Source: Mustelus asterias
Lineage: Eukaryota
Direction: 5' to 3'
Assembly: GCF_964213995.1 (NCBI RefSeq)
Contig: NW_027592149.1
Location: 1-62,327 of the forward strand
Length of the DNA stretch: 62,327 nt
The notes beneath the pieces are model-generated. The model was not told where the DNA came from. It made no database searches and saw only the letters and a list, made by a program, of their open reading frames with translations. Both the position numbers and the translations under genes were made by a program. Below, piece after piece: positions 37,886 to 50,173 of this stretch. How positions within the stretch are numbered: position 1 is the first letter of the stretch; every line of letters begins with the position of its first letter.

Positions 37886-39961
37886 AAGCTCACAACTCCT
37901 TGATTAAAATAAGATACAAGATCCTTCATTCCCCTTCATTACAACTTAAACTTTTTTTTAGCCAACTTCCAAGGCCTGATTTTATAGGAAACATCAAGTC
38001 TTTGTTGATTTAAAATCCCAAACATGTTGCCAGCTGCAAAATCTTTGTTCTTTATCTGGGGTTGAGGTGACAACACGATAAAATCCTCACAGTTCTTCCA
38101 AATTCCTCCAGGCTCCGCTTAAAATTTCCACATTTAACTGGTTCCCATAAATCCTCAATCAAAAACTAAAATAGACACATGAGTTTCCAGGTGATTTACA
38201 AAGAAATGAACTGTCTGCTGAAAGGGTTAACTTTTCTACAGAACCTAAAGGGGTCGGGAGTGAGCAGAAAAAACTTGGCCCACAATTACTTCACTTTACA
38301 TATGATGGGGGTTTTTCTCGGAGGCTAAGTATTGAGCTGAACCCAGTTAATACAAAGATTTGCAAAAGACAGTATACTGGTTAAAGGCATTACTTATTGA
38401 GAAAGGCAGCTGGGCAGTCCAACTCCTTTCTAAAGTTACAATACATTGGCCCTTTAGTTATACTATTTTGAAAGTTCATTTCACCCGCCCACTCTGTCAT
38501 CCTAACTGGATGCTCCAATCGTGTTCGTGTACAATATTTACCTTGGCCAATAACATCCTATCTTCTGGAAGAATGGAAATTCATTGGTCTGTAGAATCTG
38601 AAAGTTCCTGCCCACTGTTACTTTGCAACTTTCACTTACATAGGTCCATAGGGTGCTTTCTAACTGACTCTCAGCAACTTCTATTACATAGGTTATATGG
38701 TTCAAAAGTTCCTTTCCACTGTCTGCTGAGCCATCCCTTATCAGTAAAAAATGAATAATTCCATTCATTCTAGTGTCTGGGAAGCGTTTACTTTTATAAC
38801 TCATACTGATAAAAACTGTGCTCTGTGGCTTCACTCTTCTGACAGAATGTGGCCTGTCTCACTCAGCTTTTATCCCATTATGCTTTAGGGCAGTCTGCAG
38901 TTTGGCCAAGGTATACATTTTAGTACAAAAAGTACATATTTAAATTTGAAATACATGTTTAAATTCTCTACCAGTGGTTATATGTGTCTCTATGCAGACA
39001 GTACCTTTGTATAATATAAATAAGGCATGTTGTGGTCCTTATTCTACGTTAGTCTAAGTCAGTCCACCCTGTTTCAATAGCCTATTCTGAACCCCTCAAA
39101 CAAAATAACTTTAAAAAACTTAAAGTTTATAATTCGTCTCAAGTAAGCTTACATTGACACTGCAATGAAGTTACTGTGAAAAATCCCCTCTCTAACAACA
39201 AAAGAAACTTGATTTTAAACTTCATCTATTAATTTTTTTGTCATGTTCTCAACCTATTTTAATTTGATCAGTTTTTGTTAGGGATGGGTAATTTCTATTC
39301 TTTATAAACTGGTTCACTCATTTTGTTAATTCTACATGGGCTCGGAGAATCAGAACCCAGACTTTATCATCCTTATCCTTTTTCTCCTTTTGCCACCACT
39401 TTCTCTCTGTTTTGCAGGAGGATCGTGGGGATTCCAATCAGACTAATCATTCATTATAAAAGTAAAACAAAAACAGAAAATGCTGGAAAATCCCAGCAGA
39501 TCTGACAGCATCTGTAGAGAGAGAATAGAGCCAACGTTTCGAGTCTGGATGACCCTTCATGAGAGCTCCTATGAAGTGTCATCTCGACTCAAAATGTTGG
39601 CTCTATTCTCAAATCATTTTATCGATAAGTTTCTTGTTCTTAGTTTCCAAAAGACAGGTAAGAAATCTGTCTGGTGCTCACTCGAGCTCTGGATTTTTCA
39701 TTGGCCATGCTTGGGTTGGATTATAACCATTAGAATCCACTCTTAGAGATCCACTTTTCAGTCCAGTGCTACTTGGAGTGTACCGTCACTTCTCCGACTA
39801 CGGGTCACAAGACCTTCACAGTTCTTATCACAAATGTATGATAAAATAATTTAAGCAATGCCTGAGAATGCTTCTTAATCTACTTACCACCGTTTGTTGA
39901 TTGGTCAGACCCCCTTTTTACAGATTCGGATATCTCAGCCACTGAATATCAGCTGGTTATT

Positions 39962-40266
39962 CATAGATTCATAGAATCCTATTGTGCAGAAGGAGGCCAT
40001 TTGGCCCATCGAGTCTGCACCGACCACATTCACACACAGGCCCTATCGCCCATGCATTTGTCCTAGCTAGTCCCCCTGACTCCCGAGGTCAATCCACCTA
40101 ACCCGCACATCTTTGGGCTTTGGGAGGAAACCGGGGCACTCGGAGGAAACGGGGACACGGGGAGAATGTGCAAACTCCACACAGACAGTGACCCAAGCCA
40201 GGAATCGAACCCGGGTCCCTGGCGCTGTGAGGCAGCAGTGCTAACCACTGTGCGACCATGCTGCCC
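39962..40266 (-). mobile_element. HE1-like SINE
   Basis: Head, core and tail as in the other copies. Confidence 0.88.
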
Positions 40267-41081
40267 AAACTTATGGAATAAGTTTAATCCTCACTCATTC
40301 TGTGTAAATATTCTCACAAGGTCCTCTTTCGGAGTTTTGCTAAGCAGCTTTAATGGTCCGTGATTGCAGAAATTGAGCAGTCACAGGAATGTGGTTAAGA
40401 TAGTCCAGTCCCATAATGCCTCACATTCAATCTGCAGTCCTTCAATTATAACAGAATATGTGGCTGTATGTAGCTGCCTCGGCCACGATCAACCCCAACA
40501 CTGCCTTCCTGAACTGCTACAATGCCTGAGGTGTAAGTACACCCACAGTGCTGTTAGGGAGGGATTTCCAGCTACACATTCCTGACAAGATTCTGATAGG
40601 TTTAGATAAGGTGGACAAAGAAAAGCTGTTCCCATTGGCTGATGGGACAAGGATGAGGGGGACACAGATTTAAAGTTTTGAGTCAGAGATACAGGGGGGG
40701 ATGTGAGGAAGAATAATTTGATGCAGCGAATGGTGATGACCTGGAACTCGCTGCCGACGAGGGTGGTGGAAGTAGAGATAATAAACAATTTCAAAGGAAA
40801 TTGGATGGGCATCTGGGGGGGTTCCAAACAGAAATCCTTACTAATTATCTCTGAACTTCCTAACACCCTGTCACTCGGTGATCCTTGTGAAATTTGAAAC
40901 CATGTATTTGCAACAAGACTCAAAGAGCATCAGCCCACTGGAGACAAAGTCATGAGACCGGCCAGTCCAGCAGAAAGAAACCCTCCGACCCTCCCCATTG
41001 ACCAACTGTGAGAATGAACAAAATGCAGTCCTGGATGTAATTGAGAGCAGAAACAATAACAGCAGAATCCAACCCCTCGAA

Positions 41082-41840
41082 TCACTCATGAACTTGTTGG
41101 TGTTTCAGCAGCTGGGATGAAACTATGAATCCCTTCCCACACTGAGAGCAGGGGAACGGCCTCTCCCCAGTGTGAACTCGCTGGTGCTTCCGCAGGTTGG
41201 ACAACTGACTGAATCCCTTCCCACACTGAGAGCAGGTGAATGGTCTCTCCCCAGTGTGAACTCGCTGGTGTGTCTGCAGGGTGGACAACTGACTGAATCC
41301 CTTCCCACACTGAGAGCATGTTAAAGGCTTCTCCCCAGTGTGAACTCGCTGGTGTGTCCGCAGGTGGGATAATTGAGTGAATCCCTTCCCACACTGAGAG
41401 CAGGTGAATGGTCTCTCCCCAGTGTGAACTCGCTGGTGTCTCCTCATGCGGGAAGATTCACTGAATCCCTTCCCACACTGAGAGCAGGTGAACGGCCTCT
41501 CCCCAGTGTGAACTCGCTGGTGTGCCCGCAGGTTGGATGAATGAGTGAATCCCTTCCCACACTGAGAGCAGGTGAATGGTCTCTCCCCAGTGTGAACTCG
41601 CTGGTGTGCCCGCAGGTTGGATGAATGAGTGAATCCCTTCCCACACTGAGAGCAGGTGAACGGCCTCTCCCCAGTGTGAACTCGCTGGTGTGTCCGCAGC
41701 TCGGATAACTGACTGAATCCCTTCCCACATTGAGAGCAGGTGAATGGCCTCTCTCCAGTGTGACTGCGCCAATGAACTTCCAGTTCTGATGGGTATCTGT
41801 ATCTCTTCCCACAGGCCCCACATTTCCATGGTTTCTCCAT
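41082..41840 (-). CDS. C2H2 zinc-finger gene C, 9 fingers, no KRAB
   Basis: Open 252-aa ORF MEKPWKC...HQQVHE. Confidence 0.88.
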   Translation of the reverse strand: MEKPWKCGACGKRYRYPSELEVHWRSHTGERPFTCSQCGKGFSQLSELRTHQRVHTGERPFTCSQCGKGFTHSSNLRAHQRVHTGERPFTCSQCGKGFTHSSNLRAHQRVHTGERPFTCSQCGKGFSESSRMRRHQRVHTGERPFTCSQCGKGFTQLSHLRTHQRVHTGEKPLTCSQCGKGFSQLSTLQTHQRVHTGERPFTCSQCGKGFSQLSNLRKHQRVHTGERPFPCSQCGKGFIVSSQLLKHQQVHE

Positions 41841-42545
41841 GGTGCAGTGTCCTTGCCTCTCTCTTTGGTGGACAATCAGTTGAATTCAAATTTCAACATT
41901 TGCCACTGTCAGATTCAAACCCAGGGTTCACAGTGCATTGCCCTGGATCCCTGTATTACTAATCCAATGACACTGTCACTGCACCATTGCCTCCCCATCC
42001 ATGGTAAAGGAGTCACAATAGCCTGAGATCCATGGAATCAGAGCATGCTCTAAATTTAAATTAATGCTCACTCACACTCACCCCAAAACAATTTCACTGT
42101 TTTCAACATTTTAAATCCGCTGGAGTCTACGTCTGCAAAGATCTGAGAGAGATTGGTGTCTGGGGAAAATGTTGCAATCTTCAAATCTTGTCCCTGTAAA
42201 TGAGGAAAGTTATCGGTGTAATTCAAGGTTAGAAATTCAGGACAGACAAACATTTCTTTTGATCGGAGTTTGCTGTGAGTAAATCCTCCCCTTCTAATCC
42301 CCTGTAAAAGGAGTTTCCAAAGTCCATCAGCATTTGTCCAGAACAGAAATTCAAAACATTCTCTCCTATTGCTTGCACAGAATTACTTTAGTGGGACAAA
42401 ATTGCAGTGGAGGCAGTTCAGAGAAGATCCAGTTGGTTGATTCCTGAAATGAGGAGTTTTATCTTCCAGGTTGAGCAGCTGGGGCCTGTACTCTTTGGAG
42501 TTAAGAAGACTGAGAAGTAATCTTATTGAAGCATCTGGGAATTTC

Positions 42546-42860
42546 AGGGTGGCATAATGGTTCGCACTGCTGCCTCACAGCACCAGGATCCCAAGTTCAA
42601 TTCCAGCGTTGGGTCACTGTCTGTGTGGAGTTTGCACATTTTCCCCTTGTCTGTGAGTTTCCTCAGGGTGCTCCAGTTTCCTCCCACAGTCCAAAGATGT
42701 ATGGATTAGGTGGATGAACCATGCTAAATTGACCCAAGTGTCAGGGGGGTTAGCAGGGTAAATGCAGGGGGTTGTGGGGATGGGGCTGGGTGGGATTGTG
42801 GTTGGTACAAACTTGATGGGCCGAATGGCCTCCTTCTGCACTGTTGGGATTCTATGATTC
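42546..42860 (+). mobile_element. HE1-like SINE (diverged)
   Basis: Head, core and tail motifs. Confidence 0.85.
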
Positions 42861-43053
42861 ATATGATATAAGGTGCTTGACAATGTAGATGCTGAGGATG
42901 TTTCCTTTGGTGTGGGAATCAAGTAAAAATAAAGGATTTAAGATTAAGATGAAGAGAGATCTTTTCTCTCAATGGGCTATTGATCTTTGGAACTCTGTCT
43001 TCACCAGTGAGGATTGGAGGCAGGTCATTGAATATATTCAAAGCTGAGGTTCT

Positions 43054-43404
43054 GGGCGGCACGGTAGCACAGTGGTTAGCACTGCTGCTTCACAGCTCCA
43101 GGGTCCTGGGTTCGATTCCCGGCTCGGGTCACTGTCTGTGTGGAGTTTGCACATTCTCCTCGTGTCTGCGTGGGTTTCCTCCGGGTGCTCCGGTTTCCTC
43201 CCACAGTCCAAAGATGTGCGGGTTAGGTTGATTGGCCAGGTTAAAAAAATTGCCCCTTAGAGTCCTGGGATGCGTAGGTTAGAGGGATTAGCGGGTAAAA
43301 TATGTGGGGGTAGGGCCTGGGTGGGATTGTGGTCGGTGCAGACTCGATGGGCCGAATGGCCTCCTTCTGCACTGTAGGGATTCTAGGATTCTATTCTATG
43401 ATTC
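43054..43404 (+). mobile_element. HE1-like SINE, full-length and young
   Basis: A box (GGTAGCACAGTGG), B box (GGTTCGATTCC), intact CpGs and (ATTCT)n tail. Confidence 0.92.
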
Positions 43405-43449
43405 TGATCCACAAGAAAGTCATGGGTATGGACGGGGTGGGGGTAGCAA

Positions 43450-44718
43450 CGTCATAGATTCATAGAGATTTGCAGCATGGAAAACGACCCTTCGGCCCAA
43501 CTTGTCCATGCTGCCCTTTTTTTTTAAACCCTTAAGCTCATCCCAATTGCCCACATTTGGTCCATATCCCTCTATACCCATGTAACTATCTAAATGCTAT
43601 TTAAAAGACTAAATTGTACCCGCCTCTACTACTACCTCTGGCAGCTTGTTCCAAATACTCACCACCCTATCTAATTGCAACGGGATCTTGATCAATTGGG
43701 CCAGTGGGCTGACGAATGGCAGATGGAGTTTAATTTAGACAAATGCGAGGTGATGCATTTTGGTAGATTGAACCAGGGCAGGACTTATTTAGTTAATGGT
43801 AGGGTGTTGGGGAGAGTTACAGAACAAAGAGATCTAGGGGTACATGTTCATAGCTCCTTGAAAGTGGAGCCACAGGTGGACAGAGTGGTGAAGAAAGCAT
43901 TCGGCATACTTGGTTTCATCGGTCAGAACATTGAATACAGGTGTTGGAATGTCTTGTTGAAGTTGTACAAAACATTGGGAAAACCACACTTGGAATACTG
44001 TGTGCAATTCTGGTCACCCTATTATAGAAAGGATATTATTAAACTAAAACGAGTGCAGCAAAGATTTACTAGGATGCTACTGGGACTTGATGGATTGAGT
44101 TATAAGGAGAGGTTGGATAGACTGGGACTTTTTTCTCTGGAGCGTAGGAAGCTGAGGGGTGATCTTGGAGAGGTCTATAAAATAATGAGGGGCATAGATC
44201 AGCTGGATAGTCAATATATTTTCCCAAAGGTAGGGGAGTCTAAAATTAGAGGGCATAGGTTTAAATTGAGAGGGGAGAGATACAAAGTGTCCAGAGGGGC
44301 AATGTTTTCACACAGAGGGTGGTGAGTGTCTGGAACAAGCTGCCAGAGGTAGGAGTCGAGGCGTGTTCAATTTTGTCTTTTAAAAGCATTTTGATAGTTA
44401 CATGGGTATGATGGGTAGAGAGGGATATGGGCCAAATGCGGGCAATTGGGATTTTTACAAATGTGCGGCATGGACAAGTTGGGCCGAAGGGCCTGTTTCC
44501 ATGCTGTAAACCTCTCTGACTCTATGACCCTCTGTGTGAACAAATTGCACCTCTGGACACTTTTGTATCTCTCCCCTCTCACCTTAAACCTACCTTTGGG
44601 AAAATATATTTACTATCGAGCTGATCTGTGCCCCTCAGTATTTTATAGACCTCTATAAGGTCACCCCTCAGTCTCCTATGCTCCAGAGAAAAAAAGTCCC
44701 AGTCTATCCAGCCTCTCC
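43450..44718. mobile_element. Nested CR1s: a + copy (about 43670-44527) inside a - copy of the same subfamily
   Basis: ORF 43675-44325 is the CR1 RT C-terminus; the flanking pieces join into one minus-strand 3' end. Confidence 0.85.
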
Positions 44719-44814
44719 AAAGTAGACATGATCTTATTGAATGATGCAGCAGGCTCGATGGGCCGAATGACTGGCTCCCGTTCCGAATTCTTCTGTTCTT
44801 GTTCCGATGGTCTT

Positions 44815-45200
44815 GGATAGTTGCGCATGCGCCCTGCAACATATTGTCCCTCTGAAGATCGTGGTTCTGAACCAGCCCCCTGAAACCACGCCCATTATGA
44901 CCAGCCCGAGAGCATGCGCTCTCCTTCCCCGCTGGAACAAGATGGCGGCCGAAAACCGGGGAGCTGCAAACCAGGAACCCGCATGGTCTTATTCGGGCCT
45001 TGCGACCTGGAGCGGGTATTTGTGAAGCCTCCGCTCCCTCCCCACCCCGACTCCATTCCTCCCCCCGCCACACTGACTCTCACCCGCTGAAAAAAACGTC
45101 CGCCGCCCTCGCAGGGCTCCGAGCAAAGTGGCAGTACGCATGCTCCAGATACAGCACTGCACCTGCGCAATAGGCTGCTGTGGAATGAACAGGACACTTT
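44815..45200. promoter_or_regulatory. CpG-rich promoter-like region upstream of ZNF gene C
   Basis: NRF1 TGCGCATGCGC at 44822-44832, YY1 AAGATGGCGGCC at 44939-44950, minus-strand donor GG|GTGAGA near 45083. Confidence 0.6.
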
Positions 45201-48200
45201 GACACCTGCAGGGGCACCTGGGAATTAACGGCGCCATTGTCAATCAAAGACATAATAGAAAACTATCTTGTGCAATTGAGATTAATTAATTTTTAAAAAT
45301 ACATTCCTCTGAATTTGTGATGAATTGGCCTGTGTACTAAGCAGATATTAAGGTTCCATTTAAAATTAAAAGAAAAGATGCTGATAAAACGCAGCAGGAT
45401 TGAGAGAGAACCCACAGAGGCAAGTTATGAATAGAGTTCAGACTGAAGCAACAATAAAAAAACGCACACGGGGGGCCAGGAACTGAGTTCTGCATCCAAC
45501 AGACAGCCTGAATCATGCCAGCTCCTAACTGTGTTTCTAAGCTCGAAACTATAAAACAATAACACAGAAACAAAACTCTGTAGAGACTGTTTCTGGGACA
45601 AAGAAAATAAATACTGGAGATATTCATCAGGCCAGGCAGCCTGTGAGAGTCACAAACAGAATTGAGGATTCAGGTTGCTGACCTGCCCTCAGTCTGCAAT
45701 TAAATATTTATAGTCAGTCACTGACTAATGGTGGTCACAATTCCCACAATGCTCGGCGCCTCAGAAACCCCTCCATTCAAAAGTTGTTCGCCGGAATTCA
45801 CGAATCATCGAATCCATACAGTGCAGAAAGAGGCCATTCGATCCATCGAGTCTGTACTGCAACGGCAACAATATATTCTGCACCCTACTCTTTTCCTTTC
45901 CCCCTCTGTACTCTTTCAATTTATTTTTTTTCTGAATAGCACGCAAGAAATAATACTTTTCACTGTATCCCAGAACATGCGACAATAATAAATCAAATTA
46001 GCCACTACATATCTTGGACACCAAGGGACAAATTTACCAACCCTGCACATCTTTGGGCTATGAGAAAAAACCGGAGCACCCAGAGGAAATGCACACAGAC
46101 AGAGGGAGATTGTGCAAACTCCACACATGAGGTGGAGATGCCAGTGCTGAACTGGGGTGAGCACAGTAAGAAGCCTCACAACACAAGGTTAAAGACCAAC
46201 AGGTTTATTTGGAACCACAAGCTTTCAGAGCGCTGATGAAGGAGCAGTGCTCTGAAAGCTCGTGATTCCAAATAACCAAAAGAGAGAATGCTGGAAAATC
46301 TCAGCAGGTTTGGCAACATCTGTAAGGACAGAAAAGAGCTGACATTTCGAGTCCAGATGACTCTTTGTCAAAGCTTTGATAAAGAGTCATGTGGACTCGA
46401 AGCATCAGTTCTTTTCTCTCCTTACAGATCCTGCCATATCGGCTGAGATTTTCCAGCAATTTCTCTTTTGGTTTCAAATTTCAGCATCCGCAGTAATTTG
46501 CTTTGATTCCAAATAAACTTATTGGACTTTAACTTGGTGTTATGAGACTTCTTCCTGAGCAACCTCCACACAGACAGTCACCCACCGCTGGAATCGAACC
46601 CAGACTCAGTGAGGCAGCAGTGCTAACCGCTGTGTCACAGTGAAGGTAGTTTGCCGCAAATTTCGGGTGACAACAATGGGCTGGATGTTGCTCAGAATGT
46701 GGAGCACTGCAGCAAAGTACAGACAGACAGAGACAGAGCAGCAGACTGGACTGAGAAATGGAGTCTGCAGACTGGAACTGGCAGCATGAGGCGAGGTTAT
46801 TTTAGTCTAACACTCACAGCAATCTACAACCCACCCCCATTACCGAGACAGTGAGACAGAGATTACAAACACTCACCAACACAGCTCCAGTGAAACGTCC
46901 CAGGAAAAAGAGGGAATCTGTGGCAGTTCCTGTCCTGAAATAGCCCCAGGACTGTCACTCAAACCCCTAACCCGGCCCAGTTCACAGCTCAGCCTCTCAG
47001 CTTGCAGCTTCCTGCACCTTGAGCCAACCTTGCCCAGGTGTGGGAGGGGTTGTGGAACCACAGAGTGGGGGGAGGGGTGACCTCCTGCTGTGTCCCAAAT
47101 AGTTTGTCCTTCCCCTCCCCCTTGGCGCTCTAAGCTCTCAATGTGGACAGATTGCTGGACTTTGCAGAGCCTCACTGAGCTGCGCCTGTCCCTTATCCTG
47201 GGTCACCCCCTCCCCCTGGGTTTAGTGTGTGTGAAATCGCTGCTTGTTTCCCTGCTGAACCTTCAGTTAAACACAAACAGAAAATGCTGGAGAACCTCAG
47301 CATTTCTGGCAGCACCTATGACCATCCAGACTGGAAACATTAATTCTGTTCTCTCTCCACAGATGCAGTCAGATCCGCTGAGATTTCCAGCATTTCCTGT
47401 TTCAGATTCCAGCACCCGCAGTATTTTGCTTTTATCTTCATTTAAACAAGCATTCTGTGATGGCCTTTACCCCCATTGCTCCTTTCCAGAGCTTCCCACC
47501 TTCTGCTATTGTCCCTGACTCCCACATTAACTCTGTCATTCCTCCCCTTTACCCCGCTCACCCTGTCTGAAGTCAGGCTCAGAGTTTTGCCGCCATCTCC
47601 CCCTCCCCCAGCCTCCACATCCCAACACCCGGAATCTCTAACCCAGCGGTTCCAGTTTGTCTGGTTTGAGTTCAGATTTGCCGCAGCACCGACAGGATTT
47701 CACTTCAAACCAGCCGGAACTGACTGCTTACAAATCCCTAAATGTTTCTCCAGCAGCCCGGGCTTGTTAATGTTGTTTAAAGTCAGTTTCAGTTACTCTC
47801 TTCAGTTTAAAAAACTTCTCCATTTAATTTAAGGTATTACTCGCACCAGACACAAATATAAAACAGTGAACATTATCCCCCCACCCTGACCCGAGCTGGA
47901 GTGTCCCGAGGAAGAGACATCTGTTCCGGGTGTAACAATTCTTCGACATTCTCTGTGACATAAAGCAGGAAACGCTGGAAATACTCAACAAGTCAGGCAG
48001 CCTCTGTGGAGAGAGAAACAGACTGAATGTGACCTGTCATCGGAACTGGGAAATATATTATTATTTCTCGCAACTGAAAGAGACACTTTACAGCCTTCAG
48101 AACAAAACTGAGCTCAACAATTTTACACCACAATCTCTGCCCCCATTGTGTTCTGTGTTTCGTTGTTGCTTTTTTCACCTCATTTCCCTCTTGTTTTCTT

Positions 48201-48868
48201 TACTTTGCATTCGGACTATTTACACCTCATCCAGATCATCTTTTGTGTCTTTACTTGTCCCATTAACACTCGTTTTGGTCTTGGGCTGTGAATCATGTTA
48301 TCAGTTTGCAGATTTTTTATTTTGTTCTTCTCCACCTCCCTCTCTCCTTTCTTCACGGGTCTGGCTTTCCCTGTGTGGCTCTGGGGAGCGAGCTGGATTT
48401 AAGACGTCTGAAAGAGAGAGAATTAGATGTTTTTTCTCTCTCAGAGGGTCTTTGGTCTGTGGAATTCTCTTTCCCAGAGAGCAGTGGAGACAGAGTCATT
48501 GAATATTTTTAAGGTTGATTCATTGGATTCTTGAGAGGAAAGTGGAGTTTTGGCCACAGTCAGATCAGCCGGGATCTTATCTGGAGCAGAGCAGCCCAAA
48601 GGTCTACTGCTGCTCTTGATTCATATGGATGTTTAACTGTGTTTTACTCTGTTTCTGCCTCCACACAAACTGCCGGGCCTGTTGACTCTTTGTGGCGTTG
48701 ACTGTTTTATTTCAGATTTTAACACTCTAACCTCACGGTAAGCTATTGCAGAAGATACGGAGGCATGGGATTGAGGGTGATTTAGCGGTTTGGATCAGGA
48801 ATTGGCTAGCTGTAAGAAGATTTTAAACTCTCTGGGAACTGTGCCCAGGGACACACACACACAAACAC

Positions 48869-49255
48869 ACAATTAATCCAGTTCTCCTGGATTTCTGCTC
48901 TGTTACATATCACTGTGTAATCCAACAATTACTCCAGTTCCCCTGGATTCCTGCTCTGTAACATATCACTGTGTAATCCAACAATTAATCCAGTTCCCTG
49001 GATTGCTGCTCTGTAACATATCACTGTGTAATCTAACAATTAATCCAGTTCCCCTGGATTTCTGCTCTGTAACATATCACTGTGTAATCCAACAATTAAT
49101 CCAGTTCCCCTGGATTGCTGCTCTGTTACATATCACTGTGTAATCCAACAATTAATCCAGTTCCCCTGGATTGCTGCTCTGTTACATATCACTGTGTAAT
49201 CCAACAATTAATCCAGTTCCCCTGGATTTCTGCTCTGTTACATTTCACTGTGTAA
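48869..49255. repeat. 56-bp tandem repeat x7; each unit has an RSS heptamer and a small hairpin
   Basis: Unit ACAATTAATCCAGTTCCCCTGGATTTCTGCTCTGTTACATATCACTGTGTAATCCA. Confidence 0.95.
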
Positions 49256-49300
49256 CGGAACCCGCTCCTGCTGCAGTGAACATACAAATACAGCCAGGGA

Positions 49301-49315
49301 GCTCCCTCTTGTGGC
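49301..49315 (-). promoter_or_regulatory. CTCF-like motif GCCACAAGAGGGAGC
   Basis: Close match to the CCACNAG(A/G)GGGCGC core. Confidence 0.5.
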
Positions 49316-50173
49316 GATGTGAGGTAAACGGCCTCTGCCTGGGAAATCACTGAATTCTCAGATTCCTGAAGGATCTTGTTGGAGGATTGTGCTGCTGTAT
49401 TTATCTTATTCCTATTATTTTTATTTGAATATATTTTAATGCAGACGAATCTATTCTCATAACTGATATCAATCTCGGAAACAAATACAGACAAACTCAT
49501 AGACACACAAATACTCAGAAAAATGCAGACACATACATATGATTCCAAGAATAAATTAGATATAGCTCTTGGGGCTAAAGGTATGGGAAGAAGGGGGATC
49601 AGAATATTGAATTCGATGATCAGCCATGATCAAAATGAATGGCGGAGCAGGCTCGAAGGGCCGAATGGCCTACTCCTGCTTTTAGTTTCTATCTTTTTAT
49701 AATCTCACACAAACACACACACAGCACGCACAGATACACACTCATACATACACACACTCAGACACACACACTATCTCAGACACTCTCACAAACACAGAGA
49801 CAGACTGAGACCATGAAAAGTTGATGTCAGTCTCACTCCAAATAATCTGCTGGGAAAATTAAAATAACTGCAGCAAATCTGAAACTCAGTGTGAGTTTTA
49901 TTGTGAAATGAGATAATGTATAAATATATCCCCATAGCTCAGGGTGGGAGTGGAATTGATGGTTTGTCTGCTGTCTGAACAAATATTAAACTGGAGAGAT
50001 TATAAAGTTTGAATTGTAATATCTAATGGTGTAAAGTATCTGGGAGCAGAGTGGATGTGATAATGGCTGGAATACAGACTGGGGCAATGAGGGTGAAACT
50101 GCTGTGCAGAGTGAATGGTTCTTGTTGTAGGGAGGGATGGGAGGAGGGATAGAGAGAGGAATGGGGGGATGAC

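Noticed and set aside
34850-39950. Possible decayed LTR/ERV internal sequence with a short direct repeat (35438 and 38211)
   Set aside because: No recognisable gag/pol motifs or defined termini by eye.
43054-43130. tRNA gene
   Set aside because: It is the tRNA-derived head of a SINE, continuous with the SINE core and tail.
46877-46935. Minus-strand leader-like segment ending G|GTGAGT
   Set aside because: No ATG and no identifiable following exon.
48869-49255. CRISPR-like appearance (repeats with an internal hairpin)
   Set aside because: No unique spacers, eukaryotic context and no cas genes.
49253-49323. J, D or V coding segment attached to the last RSS-like unit
   Set aside because: No F/WGxG motif, no second RSS, and only a weak LAVFVC resemblance to a V end on the minus strand.
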